Of a stretch of 64,000 nt of DNA, positions 48,762 to 61,000 are shown one piece after another. The notes below the pieces were generated by a model that searched no databases, was not told the DNA's origin, and worked only from the letters and a program-made list of their open reading frames with translations. The translations under genes and the position numbers were made by a program. Origin of the DNA: Candidatus Spyradenecus sp. (lineage in GTDB: Bacteria; Verrucomicrobiota; Kiritimatiellia; RFP12; DVOR01); the NCBI GenBank assembly GCA_045613865.1, contig JAZLBT010000026.1, positions 5,001-69,000 of the forward strand. The letters run 5' to 3'. Numbering within the stretch: the first letter of the stretch is position 1; each line of letters opens with the position of its first letter.

Positions 48762-50039
48762 TTATTCCTTCCGTAATGCATCCACAGGATTCATCTTTGC
48801 AGCACGCCAAGCAGGTAACATTGAAGCCAACGCGCACAAGATCACAACCATAAAACAAACCTGGATTACCTCATACGGCACAACGCGCCACGGCAGAGCA
48901 TCAAGTCCATAAACTTCTTTAGGGAAAACGTTCAAGCCAAACGTTGCTAAGAAATCGACGAGGTTCTGTAAATTTGAAAGGACAAGGAAGGCGAGTCCAA
49001 GACCAAGGAGCGTGCCAATCATGCACTGTATCCACCCATAGAAGACAAAGGTCATCATCAATTGGCGAGATGAAAAACCTAAAGCCTTCAACAATCCAAC
49101 TTCATGGGTCTTTTGCACGGTAATAACAATAATCGTATTCACCACACAGAAGATGGCCACCACGCAGATAAACATGAGGAGCAACATCATCATGTTCTTT
49201 TCCGTTGCCACTGCATTAAAAATCATTTGGTCCATTTCTTGCCATGTACTCACTCGTACAAGCGAACGTCCTAAATGGTCACGCCCATAAAGTTCTGATG
49301 CGACACGAGTGATATCTTCCACGGTGCCTTCAGCGGCTTGATTCCATGTCACTGGACGTAATGCTTGAGGATCATTAACTTTAATATTAATACCATTTGC
49401 AGCCGACTTCGAGAGTCCCGCTAAATCGCGCGCAACTTCAAGTGAAACAAGGATATACCCACTATCAAACTCGGCTTGTCCCGTTGTGAAAATACCCGTT
49501 ACAGGCAATCGTTCAGGGAGGTAGGCCTCATCTTCCTTCACAAGGTTCATGGGAGAGTAAACTTCAAGTTCATCCCCGACTTGCACACAAAGTGTTGTGG
49601 CCATATCCTCACCAATAACCACACCGTCATAGGAAAGGTCAAATTCCCCCTCCTTCATCTTCATGGGGAACATCTTTTGAATGCGTTTAGCATCTGTTCC
49701 AAGAAGAACGGGGGCCAAGATGCGACGGTCATGTTCAACCATAACACGTGTCTCAATGCTTGGCGCACAGGCTTTAACCTCAGGGAGTTTTTCAAGTTTC
49801 ATGCAGAGCAAATCCACGCCCTGCAAAGCGCCACCAGCAGCCGAACGTACCACAACATGCGGTTTAAAATCTAAGATCTTCGATTGCCATGTATCACCAA
49901 AACCCGTAAAGACGGCGCGTACAATAATCACAATAGCAACACCAATCGTCACCCCAAGAATGGACAAAATGGTGACAACCGATGCTACACCTCGTTTCGG
50001 TTTCAAATATTTTAATGCTAAAAATAGCGGAAATTTCAT
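48762..50039 (-). CDS. LolC/E-family permease
   Basis: 4-TM FtsX-type topology, EVGLLKALG, PAWRAAKMNP. Confidence 0.88.
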   Translation of the reverse strand: MKFPLFLALKYLKPKRGVASVVTILSILGVTIGVAIVIIVRAVFTGFGDTWQSKILDFKPHVVVRSAAGGALQGVDLLCMKLEKLPEVKACAPSIETRVMVEHDRRILAPVLLGTDAKRIQKMFPMKMKEGEFDLSYDGVVIGEDMATTLCVQVGDELEVYSPMNLVKEDEAYLPERLPVTGIFTTGQAEFDSGYILVSLEVARDLAGLSKSAANGINIKVNDPQALRPVTWNQAAEGTVEDITRVASELYGRDHLGRSLVRVSTWQEMDQMIFNAVATEKNMMMLLLMFICVVAIFCVVNTIIVITVQKTHEVGLLKALGFSSRQLMMTFVFYGWIQCMIGTLLGLGLAFLVLSNLQNLVDFLATFGLNVFPKEVYGLDALPWRVVPYEVIQVCFMVVILCALASMLPAWRAAKMNPVDALRKE

Positions 50040-50063
50040 ATCTCTATCAACTCATTTCTGCAT

Positions 50064-50522
50064 TTAAACAGATTCAACATCTTTTGCTTGCGAGGCAAGA
50101 CGCGCACACAAGGCAACAAACTTTGCACACGGACGTTTTGCATAATAGGCTTCGGTTCGCTCTTCTGGTGCTACGCCAGCAGACTTTTCAATTGAAGCTT
50201 GTTGCAAAAGTGCTTTACATTGATGCGTGCCGAAGGTTTCATCAAATCTCTTAACTAGAGCCTGCGCATCACTATAGAGTCCAGCCTTTGTCTTGGCATC
50301 CATCGGTTCGGTCGGTGCACGCGATGCACCACAAACCGCAACCATTCCTAACACCGCGCCACAGGTTTCACGTAAACCACACAATCCTGCACCCAATGCA
50401 CTTCCCATTCGCAGTGCAGTCTCTTTTGTAACACCCATCTCTTGTGCACAGGCCGCTAAAACAGCTTGTGCACAAGAATAACCTTGATTAAATAAGGCTA
50501 CAGCCTCTTCTTCAACTGTCAT
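50064..50522 (-). CDS. C-GCAxxG-C-C family redox protein
   Basis: GYSCAQAV, ETCGAVLG, two later Cys. Confidence 0.85.
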   Translation of the reverse strand: MTVEEEAVALFNQGYSCAQAVLAACAQEMGVTKETALRMGSALGAGLCGLRETCGAVLGMVAVCGASRAPTEPMDAKTKAGLYSDAQALVKRFDETFGTHQCKALLQQASIEKSAGVAPEERTEAYYAKRPCAKFVALCARLASQAKDVESV

Positions 50523-50576
50523 ACAAGAACCATTACATTTGAGCACCTCGCGGGGGAGGTGCTCAATGTTGTTTCA

Positions 50577-52031
50577 TCACTTCACGATGACATTAAAATC
50601 ATCGGGTCGGCGATTTTGAATAATCTTTGTTGCATCTTCTGGAGTATTAATTGCAGCAGGACCTGCCACGCATCCACCAGGGCAAACCATGATTTCAATA
50701 ATATCTGCGGGCGCCTTCTTCGTCTTCGCAAAGACGCGCAACAACGCAATATTCTTTTTATTCAAGCCATTAATCTTAAAGACCGTCGGCATGGGTGCAC
50801 CTTCAGGGAGATAATGTGCAACAGCATTTGCCACACCACCACTCACTGCAAATTCTGCACCATACTGCGTACCCACACATGCCGGAGCTTCGGGTTCAAG
50901 ATCATCCAACTGAATATTATCCGCCATCAACCATGCGCCAACTTCTTCAGCCGTAATCACATAGTCAGGCGACTTCAAGCGATTTGCTTCCGCGCGCTTC
51001 GCCATGCAAGGTCCGATAAAGACGGTAATCGCATCCGGATGATCCTTCTTTGCACGACGATCCGAATAGACCATCGGTGACGGCGTGTGCGAAACATAAG
51101 GCAAGATTTCGGGAATATGACGTTGAACGGTCTCCACCCAAGCCGGGCAGCAACTCGTAGTCATAAAGGGTGCACCCTGAGCTTTACGTTCGACCCATTC
51201 CTTTGCCTCGTCAATAGCGACTTCATCACCCGCGAGTGCAACTTCATAAACATCCGCAAAGCCCATCTTACGCAACGCTGCATAAAGCTTACCCGGTTCC
51301 GTCGGGAAGTAACCAAGAATTGCGGGAGCAACAAGGGCAATCACCTTCTTACCTTGTGCAATTGCACGTACAACGTGAGCAACTTGGTTCGCTTGCATAA
51401 TTGCAGCAAAGGGACATGCCTTGATACACTTACCACAACGGATACACTTTTCCTGATCAACAGTTACGCGGCCATCATCGGTCTTACCGATTGCACCAAC
51501 CGGACAAGCATCCGCACAAGCAAGCGGCACCTGAATAATTGCGTGGTAACGGCAAACTTCTGCACACTTACCGCAGTTAATGCAAAGTTCACTCGAAATC
51601 TGCGCACGACCATTACGCACTTGAATCGCCTTGCGCGGGCAGATATTTGTACACGGACGCGCCAAGCAACCACGGCACATATTCGTGACCATAATCTGCG
51701 ATTCCATACATGCCGAACATGCATCTGGGAAGATGGTTAAGAAGGGGTTTGCAGCAGGAGGCGTATGATCGATATCCGTTGCGTAACTTGCGAGGGTCTT
51801 CAATTCATCCGTTTCATCTTCAACGCGATAACCCATCGCCGACATGCAACGATAACGCAATGCTGCACGATCCTTGTAAACGCAGCAACGCGACGAAGGC
51901 TGCCCTTTCGGACGCATCTTAAGCGGGATACGATCAAGTTCCTCGTAAGCACCTTCACGAATCGTCTTAATCACGTGAGCCAACACCTCACGACGTAGAC
52001 GATCGGCTTCACTAATCATTGGAATCGCCAT
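50577..52031 (-). CDS. monomeric [FeFe]-hydrogenase (group B-like)
   Basis: Several [4Fe-4S] motifs; TTSCCPAW, GPCMAKRAE, EIMVCPGGCVAG. Confidence 0.92.
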   Translation of the reverse strand: MAIPMISEADRLRREVLAHVIKTIREGAYEELDRIPLKMRPKGQPSSRCCVYKDRAALRYRCMSAMGYRVEDETDELKTLASYATDIDHTPPAANPFLTIFPDACSACMESQIMVTNMCRGCLARPCTNICPRKAIQVRNGRAQISSELCINCGKCAEVCRYHAIIQVPLACADACPVGAIGKTDDGRVTVDQEKCIRCGKCIKACPFAAIMQANQVAHVVRAIAQGKKVIALVAPAILGYFPTEPGKLYAALRKMGFADVYEVALAGDEVAIDEAKEWVERKAQGAPFMTTSCCPAWVETVQRHIPEILPYVSHTPSPMVYSDRRAKKDHPDAITVFIGPCMAKRAEANRLKSPDYVITAEEVGAWLMADNIQLDDLEPEAPACVGTQYGAEFAVSGGVANAVAHYLPEGAPMPTVFKINGLNKKNIALLRVFAKTKKAPADIIEIMVCPGGCVAGPAAINTPEDATKIIQNRRPDDFNVIVK

Positions 52032-52058
52032 AACGTTTCTCCTCTCAAATAAACAAAA

Positions 52059-52328
52059 TTAAGCTTCAAGAAGCTTGCGGATGGCCATAACGACCTTACC
52101 TTCATCAGCTTCTGCGATCAATTCTCCATTCACGCGTACAAAGGGTGCACGGCCATAATCATCGGTCTGCTGACAAGCACCAATACAACGCATGCCCTTC
52201 ACCTCTACAAGCTCCTTCCACTCCTCTGGAAGACGTTCTGCCATGCTTGCCAACTGTGCGCTACCCATAACGTAGCAAGTTGTTCCCATACAAATCTCAA
52301 CGGTCACTTTTTTCATATGTACGCTCAC
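52059..52328 (-). CDS. NuoE-like [2Fe-2S] small protein
   Basis: ICMGTTCYVMG, CIGAC, APFVRVNG. Confidence 0.85.
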   Translation of the reverse strand: MSVHMKKVTVEICMGTTCYVMGSAQLASMAERLPEEWKELVEVKGMRCIGACQQTDDYGRAPFVRVNGELIAEADEGKVVMAIRKLLEA

Positions 52329-52546
52329 CTCTAAATAACGACATTCTATACGTGGACAACAAATATAGTATAATAAAATTTATCACAAAAAGCAAATCCG
52401 AAATTCAACATTCCTTCATCACATCTATTTCTCATCCAAAGGCCTTCGTTTGCCCTTCCAACCATACAAAGCGACAGCTGCACGACAAAAGGTTTGAATC
52501 AGGGGTTATTTTTTGCTACAATATATAATATATAAAGGATTTCCAT

Positions 52547-53257
52547 ATGAATGCTATGACACCCGCTTCTCGTCGCGTCGCCAAACCTCGTGCAAAGTCC
52601 AACGAGGTCACTAAAAATGATAAGGTGCAAATGGAGCAAACACCGCGTTCGCCTCAATCGACCAAGTCGCATCGCCGCTATGGCAAACATCCGCGCATGC
52701 ATGATCAAGTTCAAACGCCTGCTGCAGAACATGCACCTGTCGTTGAAAAGACGCCACCAGTAAACCAAGAAGCTTCTTCGCAAACACAGGGTTTAACCTT
52801 ACTCGGCGCCAAGGCAACCGTTTATAGCGATAAATATACGCCAGCAATTCTTGAAACCTTTGAAAATCGCCATCAAGAATACGACTACTTCGTCAAATTC
52901 AACTGTCCCGAATTTACCTCGCTCTGTCCGATTACAGGTCAGCCCGATTTCGCGACCATTTATATCAGCTATATCCCTGATAAAAAGATGGTGGAGAGCA
53001 AGAGCTTAAAACTTTATCTCTTTGGCTTCCGCAACCATGGTGCATTTCACGAAGATTGCATCAACATCATCATGAAGGATCTCATCAAGTTAATGGCTCC
53101 GCGTTACATTGAAGTGTGGGGCAAATTCTTACCGCGTGGCGGTCTGTCGATTGATCCGTATGTCAACTATGGCCGCCCCTCTACACAGTGGGAAGAGTTC
53201 GCACGTCAACGTTTATTGATGCATGATTTGAACCCTGAAACAGTTAACAATCGTTAA
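52547..53257 (+). CDS. queF: preQ0 reductase (unimodular) with N-terminal extension
   Basis: [27 protein letters not shown]; start uncertain. Confidence 0.95.
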   Translation: MNAMTPASRRVAKPRAKSNEVTKNDKVQMEQTPRSPQSTKSHRRYGKHPRMHDQVQTPAAEHAPVVEKTPPVNQEASSQTQGLTLLGAKATVYSDKYTPAILETFENRHQEYDYFVKFNCPEFTSLCPITGQPDFATIYISYIPDKKMVESKSLKLYLFGFRNHGAFHEDCINIIMKDLIKLMAPRYIEVWGKFLPRGGLSIDPYVNYGRPSTQWEEFARQRLLMHDLNPETVNNR

Positions 53258-53275
53258 TCTTGAAAGAGGTAAAGG

Positions 53276-53935
53276 ATGAAACCAATCCTCGTTATCTTTT
53301 CTGGTGGCCAAGATAGCACAACATGTTTGATGAAGGCTATTGCCGAACGTGGCGCAGAGAATGTACACACCTTAACCTTTGACTACAATCAACGTCACGC
53401 ACGAGAAGTCCAACTCGCAACAGAGATTGCCAAAGAGCAAGGCGTTGCCTCGCATAAGGTCATTACGGTTGACTGGTATCGCGACATCACATTAAATGCG
53501 CTTATGAACACGGATATGCCAATTGAACGTGAAGCCGATGCCCCCTTCCCCAACACTTTTGTGGATGGCCGAAATGCACTCTTCTTGTTAACGGCAGCCA
53601 TTTACGCAAAGAGCAAATCCATCTTTGACCTTATGATTGGTGTCAGTGATGCTGATTACAGCGGATATCCCGACTGTCGTGAGGTCTTTGTTAAATCAAT
53701 GAATGAAACGCTCAACCTCGCAATGGGATGTGAATTCAACATTTACGCGCCATTGCAACACCTCACGAAGGCTCAAGAATGGGCGCTCGCTGATAAATTA
53801 GGTTGCCTTGATTATATTCGCACACGCACCTTAACATGTTATGAGGGCATCCCTGGCGATGGCTGTGGCAAGTGTCCTGCATGTGTGCTCCGTGCGGCTG
53901 GTCTTAACACTTATTTGGCGTCTCGTAATGGTTAA
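53276..53935 (+). CDS. queC: 7-cyano-7-deazaguanine synthase
   Basis: FSGGQDSTT, GYPDCR, TCY..CGKCPAC. Confidence 0.97.
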   Translation: MKPILVIFSGGQDSTTCLMKAIAERGAENVHTLTFDYNQRHAREVQLATEIAKEQGVASHKVITVDWYRDITLNALMNTDMPIEREADAPFPNTFVDGRNALFLLTAAIYAKSKSIFDLMIGVSDADYSGYPDCREVFVKSMNETLNLAMGCEFNIYAPLQHLTKAQEWALADKLGCLDYIRTRTLTCYEGIPGDGCGKCPACVLRAAGLNTYLASRNG

Positions 53936-55706
53936 AAAATACATTCTTATTGCAGCATGCCTTCTCGTTGTCATTGGCATCGGGGGAATTTGTTGTTTAC
54001 GCACAACAAAAACAACCGCAACCCCTGAGGTTGATCTCACATTCCGTCGCGCGCATATTTCAATCAATACATTAGACCCTGCTCATGGCTCTGATACAAG
54101 TGTAAATAGTGCGATGTCCCTTGTGTTGCAACCGCTCCTCGACTATGCCTATGCTGATCGTCCCTACCGCCTTATCCCAGGCGCAGCCGCAGAAATGCCC
54201 ACGTGTAGTGAAGATGGCACGACCTACACCATCCGTTTGCGTGAGGCCTATTATGTAGACGACCCATGCTTTAGTGGACAACGTCGACGCGTTTGCGCAA
54301 AAGACTTTGTCTATGGCTGGAAACGTCTTGCCGACCGTACAATTGGAGGATCGGGAGAATGGCTCGTCACCAACATCAAAGGCATGACAGACTTCGCCAC
54401 CAAAACGTCTGACCTCCTCGCCTCCCTTAATGGGTATACAGAAAAGAAAAAAGCCGAATTACTCAAAGCGAGTCGTCAAAAACTCTACGCCGAACCCCTC
54501 GAAGGTCTCATCGCACGCGATGATGAAACTCTCGAAATTCGCCTCAATAAGCCTAACAACCAATTCCTTTGGTTCCTCACCATGTGCTATATGGCACCTG
54601 TTCCCCAAGAGGCAGAAGAATACTATGGCGAAACACTCGCCCAACATCCCGTTGGCTCAGGTCCCTATAAGTTACGTTCGCTCCATCGTGGATATGAATA
54701 CATCTTTGATCGCAATCCCGAATGGCATGGTTGGCGAGAGGTAGACTTTACCGCTGACGAAGTTCCCTTTGAGACGATCCGCTATCGTATTGTGAAGGAA
54801 CCACTCTCACAATGGTTGATGTTGCTCACAGGGCAGCTTGACTTCCTTGAACAAATGGATCGTAACAGCATGGATATGGCAATCGATCCAAACAAAGGAC
54901 TTACCGACGAAATTAAAGCACGCGGTGTTCAACTCTTCAAGGCTCCTACCCTGAAGATTTACTACCTTGGTATTAACATGGAAGATCCTGTGCTCGGCAA
55001 AAACAAAGCCTTGCGTCAAGCACTCAATGCAGCCTTTGATACCGCCCAATGGGAAATCCACTACCGTGGTCGTGTTAAAGCCTTAAACACCGTTGCACCG
55101 CGACATATCGCTGATGCCTTGCAAGAACCCTTTGAGTTTTCCTACAACCTCGACAAGGCTCGTGCACTTCTCGCTGAAGCAGGCTACCCCAATGGATGCG
55201 ATGCAACAACGGGTAAACCGCTCCGAATTACTGTCGAGGTGGGAAATGCCTCTCAAGATACAATGGAGTCGATGGAATTACTCGCATCCTTCTTCGCAAA
55301 AATTGGCGTTAAACTCGAAATCTCAGTGAATACATGGCAAGCATTGCTCGACAAGGTGAGCCAACGTAAAGCCCAAATCTTTATGATGGGATGGGTGGGA
55401 GATTATCCGGATGTGGAGACCTTCTTACAGCTCTTTGTAAGTAAAAATCAATCTCCAGGTCCCAACCGTGCCAATTACATCAATGCCGAAGTTGATGCAT
55501 GTTATGAACGCGCGATTGCCTCACGCGATCCAGAGGAAATCTCCGCATGTTGGAAACGCATCCAAACCATCATCCTTGATGAATGCCCCTGGATTCTCTT
55601 GCACTACGCCATGGACTATACCTTAACGCGAACACGTGTCAAGAACTACATTCCTCACAACTTCCCCTACGGAATGGAAAAACACTATCGCGTCCGCGTG
55701 CGTTAA
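53928..55706 (+). CDS. ABC substrate-binding protein, family 5
   Basis: TLDPA, PVGSGPY, RQALN, GWVGDYPD; ATG 53928 overlaps the queC end. Confidence 0.9.
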   Translation: MVKKYILIAACLLVVIGIGGICCLRTTKTTATPEVDLTFRRAHISINTLDPAHGSDTSVNSAMSLVLQPLLDYAYADRPYRLIPGAAAEMPTCSEDGTTYTIRLREAYYVDDPCFSGQRRRVCAKDFVYGWKRLADRTIGGSGEWLVTNIKGMTDFATKTSDLLASLNGYTEKKKAELLKASRQKLYAEPLEGLIARDDETLEIRLNKPNNQFLWFLTMCYMAPVPQEAEEYYGETLAQHPVGSGPYKLRSLHRGYEYIFDRNPEWHGWREVDFTADEVPFETIRYRIVKEPLSQWLMLLTGQLDFLEQMDRNSMDMAIDPNKGLTDEIKARGVQLFKAPTLKIYYLGINMEDPVLGKNKALRQALNAAFDTAQWEIHYRGRVKALNTVAPRHIADALQEPFEFSYNLDKARALLAEAGYPNGCDATTGKPLRITVEVGNASQDTMESMELLASFFAKIGVKLEISVNTWQALLDKVSQRKAQIFMMGWVGDYPDVETFLQLFVSKNQSPGPNRANYINAEVDACYERAIASRDPEEISACWKRIQTIILDECPWILLHYAMDYTLTRTRVKNYIPHNFPYGMEKHYRVRVR

Positions 55707-55726
55707 ACAAACTAAACAAAAACACA

Positions 55727-55762
55727 AAAACAACCTTACACGCAAAATGTAAGGTTGTTTTC
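55727..55762. terminator. bidirectional terminator
   Basis: aaaacaaccttaca..tgtaaggttgtttt. Confidence 0.85.
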
Positions 55763-55777
55763 GTTTTAAAGCCAATG

Positions 55778-56821
55778 TTAAAGAATGTAACCCTTTAACT
55801 CATCCCAAAGTTCCGTCCACAGTGTCGGTGTCAATGTCACGGATAATCGAAGTGTATGCTCTTCGCAAACAACCTGTAGCGTACTTAAAAGCGCAGCAGT
55901 TTTCGGCAAGGTGAGCCGTTGAAGCAAGGTCTCCTTGTAGTGAACAACCTCCGCTGCTAACGTTTCAAGTGTGATCCCCTCGCACGGAGAACAAACAAGA
56001 TTCAAATAACAAGAGTTCAATTCAAGCGTTGCATCAAAGGTTAACTGTTCAACATTCGCCAAGAAGGGAAAGGTCGTCTGCCAGGGTGTATAAGCAGAAA
56101 CATCGGTCATCGCTAAAATCAAATTCTTCGTTGGTGGAAGGGTCGCGTCAGGATAGAGAATCTGATGAAAGAGGGGCATTGCCTCAAGTTGAAGCATCGG
56201 AACCTCACCGCGATAATAGGCCTCTGCAGCAGGGTTTTTCTGACAAAAAGCAACAACCGCACCATTGGGCGCCGATCGACAACCCGCAAGCGTTGTATCA
56301 TTCTCTGCAACCGTCCATGCGCCAATATATCCACGTGGTTGATGATGTGTACCAATCGTTGCGAACCACTCCGAGAATGCAGACGCATCAACAAATTGCC
56401 CCTCCGCAAAGAGAAAAACGCCACCCCACGTATCCGTTGTAGACAATCGAATTCCACAACGAAGTGTCGTCCCCCCAACAATACTAGAAACGCCACCAAA
56501 TCCATCGAGAAGCGAATCCTTCTCTTCGTCATCAAACCCGCCAAACTTCTTCTTCAATGCCTTCCGAGCGGGCTTAATCGCCTTTCGCCAAAGCATTGCA
56601 GAGAAAACATCCATTGTTTGCGGGGGATGAAGTATCCCGACAATCTGCGTCCCTTCCGGCAAGGAAAAAGGTTTCCCGCCGAGTTGCTCAGGTTTCGGTA
56701 ATAAGAATAAGAGAAGCGGCTTCAGAAAGAGTAAAAGAATCACCACAACACCAACAACAAACACCCACCGCTTCCATCGATAGTGTTTGGGCGATATGGG
56801 TGTCTGTTTGTCTTGTTGCAT
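55778..56821 (-). CDS. hypothetical membrane-anchored protein
   Basis: 347-aa ORF, N-terminal TM, no recognised motif. Confidence 0.6.
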   Translation of the reverse strand: MQQDKQTPISPKHYRWKRWVFVVGVVVILLLFLKPLLLFLLPKPEQLGGKPFSLPEGTQIVGILHPPQTMDVFSAMLWRKAIKPARKALKKKFGGFDDEEKDSLLDGFGGVSSIVGGTTLRCGIRLSTTDTWGGVFLFAEGQFVDASAFSEWFATIGTHHQPRGYIGAWTVAENDTTLAGCRSAPNGAVVAFCQKNPAAEAYYRGEVPMLQLEAMPLFHQILYPDATLPPTKNLILAMTDVSAYTPWQTTFPFLANVEQLTFDATLELNSCYLNLVCSPCEGITLETLAAEVVHYKETLLQRLTLPKTAALLSTLQVVCEEHTLRLSVTLTPTLWTELWDELKGYIL

Positions 56822-56846
56822 TCGTTGAGAGGATAATACAAAGAGA

Positions 56847-58013
56847 TTAAAGGCTTGCCGTCAAGATATCAAGCACATCATCCTTTGTCAACTTCTTATA
56901 GCCGCCGTCGAGGATAATGGTAGAATCCACAATCGCAGGGAGCATCGCTTCTGTTACGCCGAGTGAACGTAAATCGAGCACAAGTCCAAGCTCACGCATC
57001 CATGATTGCATGGCCTGCAAGCCCGCCATCGCGACATCGCTATCGGATTGTCCTGCAGGTTGAATTCCCCACACGTTGATAGCAAGACGTTTAAAACGGT
57101 GTAATCCTGCGGAAAGAATCTTCTTATAATAAGCCATACTCACAGCAGAAAGGGTCATGCCATGTGTTGCATCGGTATGTGCACCCACCGCTTGACCAAG
57201 CATGTGAACCATCCAATCGGTTGTCTTACCCTGGCAAATCAACGTGTTCAATGCCCATGTCGCCGTCCACATAATATTGGAGCGTGCTTCATAATGGGTG
57301 GGTTGCTTCACAGCAATACGACTGCTGTGGATCAATGAACGCATCAATCCTTCTGCAAGATAATCACTCGTATTATCATCACTGTCCGAGAGATACTGCT
57401 CCAAGATGTGACACATAATATCATAACACCCTGCCACCATCTGATACGTGGGCAAGCTGTAGGTCAAAAGAGGATTCAAAATTGCAAAACGCGGATAAAG
57501 CGCAGGTTCAAAGACGTGACCAATCTTCATCTTTGAAGCGGTATGCGTAATCACAGAACCGCCATTCATTTCACTCCCCGTGCCGACCATTGTTAAGATC
57601 GACCCCAAAGGAATAATGGGGCACGTTACGGCCTCGCCGCGCAAAAAGTAGGTTTCCCAAGGATCCGTTGTACAATAGGTTGAAGCCGCAACAGCCTTCG
57701 CATAGTCACAGACAGATCCGCCACCAACCGCAAGCAGAAAGTCAACCTTATTGTCACGCGCAATGCGACAACCATCAAGCAACTTCTCATACGTTGGATT
57801 CGGCATTACGCCAGCATCTTCAACGATGGTCTTCCCTGCCGATTTCAAAATGGCAACCACTTGATCATAAAGCCCCGAAGCTTTAATCGACTGCTTCCCA
57901 TAAATCAACTGAACGACAGGTCCTACCTTTTGCAATTCCGGCAAGAGCTGGTCCAACGCGTGCTCACCAAAGTGCAAACGCGTTGGATTCTCAAATGTAA
58001 ACGTGCCTAACAT
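56847..58013 (-). CDS. iron-containing alcohol (butanol) dehydrogenase
   Basis: PNP, GGGSVCD, GTGSE, H..HG metal ligands. Confidence 0.92.
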   Translation of the reverse strand: MLGTFTFENPTRLHFGEHALDQLLPELQKVGPVVQLIYGKQSIKASGLYDQVVAILKSAGKTIVEDAGVMPNPTYEKLLDGCRIARDNKVDFLLAVGGGSVCDYAKAVAASTYCTTDPWETYFLRGEAVTCPIIPLGSILTMVGTGSEMNGGSVITHTASKMKIGHVFEPALYPRFAILNPLLTYSLPTYQMVAGCYDIMCHILEQYLSDSDDNTSDYLAEGLMRSLIHSSRIAVKQPTHYEARSNIMWTATWALNTLICQGKTTDWMVHMLGQAVGAHTDATHGMTLSAVSMAYYKKILSAGLHRFKRLAINVWGIQPAGQSDSDVAMAGLQAMQSWMRELGLVLDLRSLGVTEAMLPAIVDSTIILDGGYKKLTKDDVLDILTASL

Positions 58014-58022
58014 AACGTCCCT

Positions 58023-61000
58023 TTACTCTTCGCAAACAAGACGAATAGCCACATTCGCAACACGCTGCCACTGAGGATAGTGTACGCGGAGGCTCACGCG
58101 CGAGAAACGCGGGAGTAAATCCCATGCACCGCCACGTGCAACAACGTCTTGATTTGCAGCAGGGGTATTACGACCGTCATCTGCATAAGGATACGGCATA
58201 TAAGCCGATTGCGTCCATTCTGCAGCATTACCGATCATATCCTTGAGACCAAAGGCATTGGCCTTGCGCTTACCAACAATACCGAGCACCTTATCACCAT
58301 CGTTATAACGCATATCGCGGTGATAATAGTTCAACGTCTGACGCTGGAAGTCCAACTTATCCAATGCTGCATCAGCGAGGTTGGCATAAGGTGCAAAGTT
58401 GTCATTCTCACCACCCCAATAGAACGGTGTATTCGTGCCACCACGTGCAGCCCATTCCCATTCAGCTTCTGTCGGCAAACGGAACTTCTTGCCCGTCTTC
58501 TCAGAGAGCCACTTGCAGTAATCCTGAGCTTCCTGCCAAGAAACACGAACCGCCGGGAACCAAACATTGTTCATCACATCAACGCCAGGGCGCGTATGGT
58601 CCTTACCGAGTTCATCGATATAACCATTGTAGTGGTCTGGCTTGTAAGCCTTCCAGTTACGGAGAGGCACTTCAATGTCAGCCATGAGGAACGGCTTCTT
58701 AATTTCAACAACATGTGGTGCTTCATCACCATAGCCAGCCTTATCACCCATGATGAACTTACCTGCAGGAATACGCAAGAAGGTCAACGAACCACCCGGC
58801 ATATCCACCTGAACAGGCTGAGCCTTCACATCCTTCAACGGCCAACCTTCGAGCGTTGGCACCTTCGGGCGAGGCTTGCGCTTCTCAACGGGAGCATATG
58901 CAATCTTTGCCAAATCCTTCTTGGCCTGCTCAAACCCATATGCATCGGCCTCGAGAATTGGATCGTGATTCGAAACCTGATAGAGCTTGGCCCACTTCTC
59001 ACGACGAGCGCGCGATTCGTTCATACGATCATACTGCATCTGCGGGCCACGAATACCAATCCAGTTACGATGGAATTCATTTGCCCAGTTAAAGGCAAAG
59101 TCGGTCCACGTTCCCCAGAAGGGTGCATTGAGGTCAATCCACGTATAGAGACGTTCCCACTCATCATCCGTCAACGTCACCCCATGGTGACCGCGCTTCA
59201 AGAGCTGAATCAACGGCGAGGTATTTGCAGAGTACTCACCAGGATTGAACAAATGGTTGTCACTTTCAGGACCCGGACGACGCACATAAGGATTCAAATC
59301 GTGATAAGAACGCGAGAATGCACCCGCGCCACCCGGCTTCAAACCGTCACGATAAGGCAACACCACAGGATCAACATTCGCCAAGTTCGGACGGCGACCA
59401 ATCAACGACTGCTGACCATAAATGCCATCCATCTTCATATCGGTATCCGTCGTCTCATCATTATGACAACGTGCACACTTATGCGTCAAGATCGGCTGAA
59501 TGTCACGCAAGAAGTTCCATGTCGGGCCCTTCTTATCCTTCTTTGGCCATGCGTCAAGCGGACGCGCCTGCGTCAACAACGAGGGCACGTTATAAATCGA
59601 GTTCGCCGACTCATGGCAACCGGTACAAGACACACGTTCACCCGGCTGACCAACAAGCCAAGAACGCATAATCTGCAAAGCCTTCCCCTCTTCATCCAAG
59701 GGCTGAATAGCAATCGGGGTATGTGCCGGTGCAGTGAAATAAACCGAACCATCTTCATTCACAGGGGCTGTACCGAGGACATACTTCATATCCCAAGAGG
59801 ATTCTGTACCCACACCTTCGTGCGAGCCCGCCTTCACATAAGCATAGTGATAAGCAAAGACGCGAACATTCTTCACGGTACCACGCGGCACGCCACGCAA
59901 ACCAGGTCCATTGTAAATATCAGCGATATGAATCGAACATTCCTTCTCACCAGGAATAATGCTGTCGGGATAAACCGGTGGCACCTTGCGCTTGGTGAAG
60001 TGAATCGGATCGGTGTAAGAGAAACCTTCCGTCTCGCAAAGCAACGTAATATTATCGTAAATATCGATAAGATAAATACCCCAAAGACCATTTGCAGATC
60101 CACGCATTGCCGTGATAAAGAAACGACCTGCGCCATCATCACGCGGATTCGTTCCCAACGGATACGGCGTCAAGAAACGTGGCCAATCACCAGCATAGAG
60201 ATAGTCTTCGATACGTTCCGGAATCGGCTTGCCATAACCCGGCAACATCTGCTCACACCCTGCCGCTTCAGCACGTGCCTTCGACACATCAAAGAGCGCC
60301 AAACGCCCCGTCTTCGGTGCATGGTGACCCGTCACAACGCAAATAAACTTACCATTCGCCCCAGGAATCGGCAAGGGATCACCATAATGGTTCGGCCAGA
60401 AGCTATTCGAACCGAAATAAGCCAACTGACGCGTACCATCAGGGCGCATCGTCATCACAATACGCGAGAAGAAGTGCGTCAAATCGCAATATTCCCAACG
60501 CACATACATCACACGACCATCATCCGTCACACACGGCGACCAGTTCGAGTCCTGGTCAAACGTCAAACGCTCCATGGTGTTCGTCTCAGGCGAATAACGA
60601 TAGGTATTCGTCATAGCCATACGACCCGATTCACACGGAAGGCCCTGCTCAGCAGCGGTAGCCGTGATGATGAACTTACCATCGGGCAAGAAGCAACCAT
60701 CACCCACATCATAATCAACACCCGATGGCGTCACCGTTGTCGGTGCGCTACCATCCAACGCCATCTGCCACAACTTCAAACGATTCTGATCCTGCGGATC
60801 CTTACGCAAGAAGCAAACCTTATCCGCGTTCCAATGCAAATCCACACACGAAATCGTATTCGCGGGCGAATCCAAAAGGCTCTCCACCTTAGGCTGCCCC
60901 GAGGCAATATTCGAAATCTTAACAATCTTCGAGTTCAAGCCACGATTCGCTTCGAGCATATTGTAACATGCCATATAAGCCTGACCAGGGGCATCCTGAC

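Noticed and set aside
52330-52546. preQ1 riboswitch upstream of queF
   Set aside because: No recognisable preQ1-I stem-loop with A-rich tail; the promoter-like TACAAT lies close to the start
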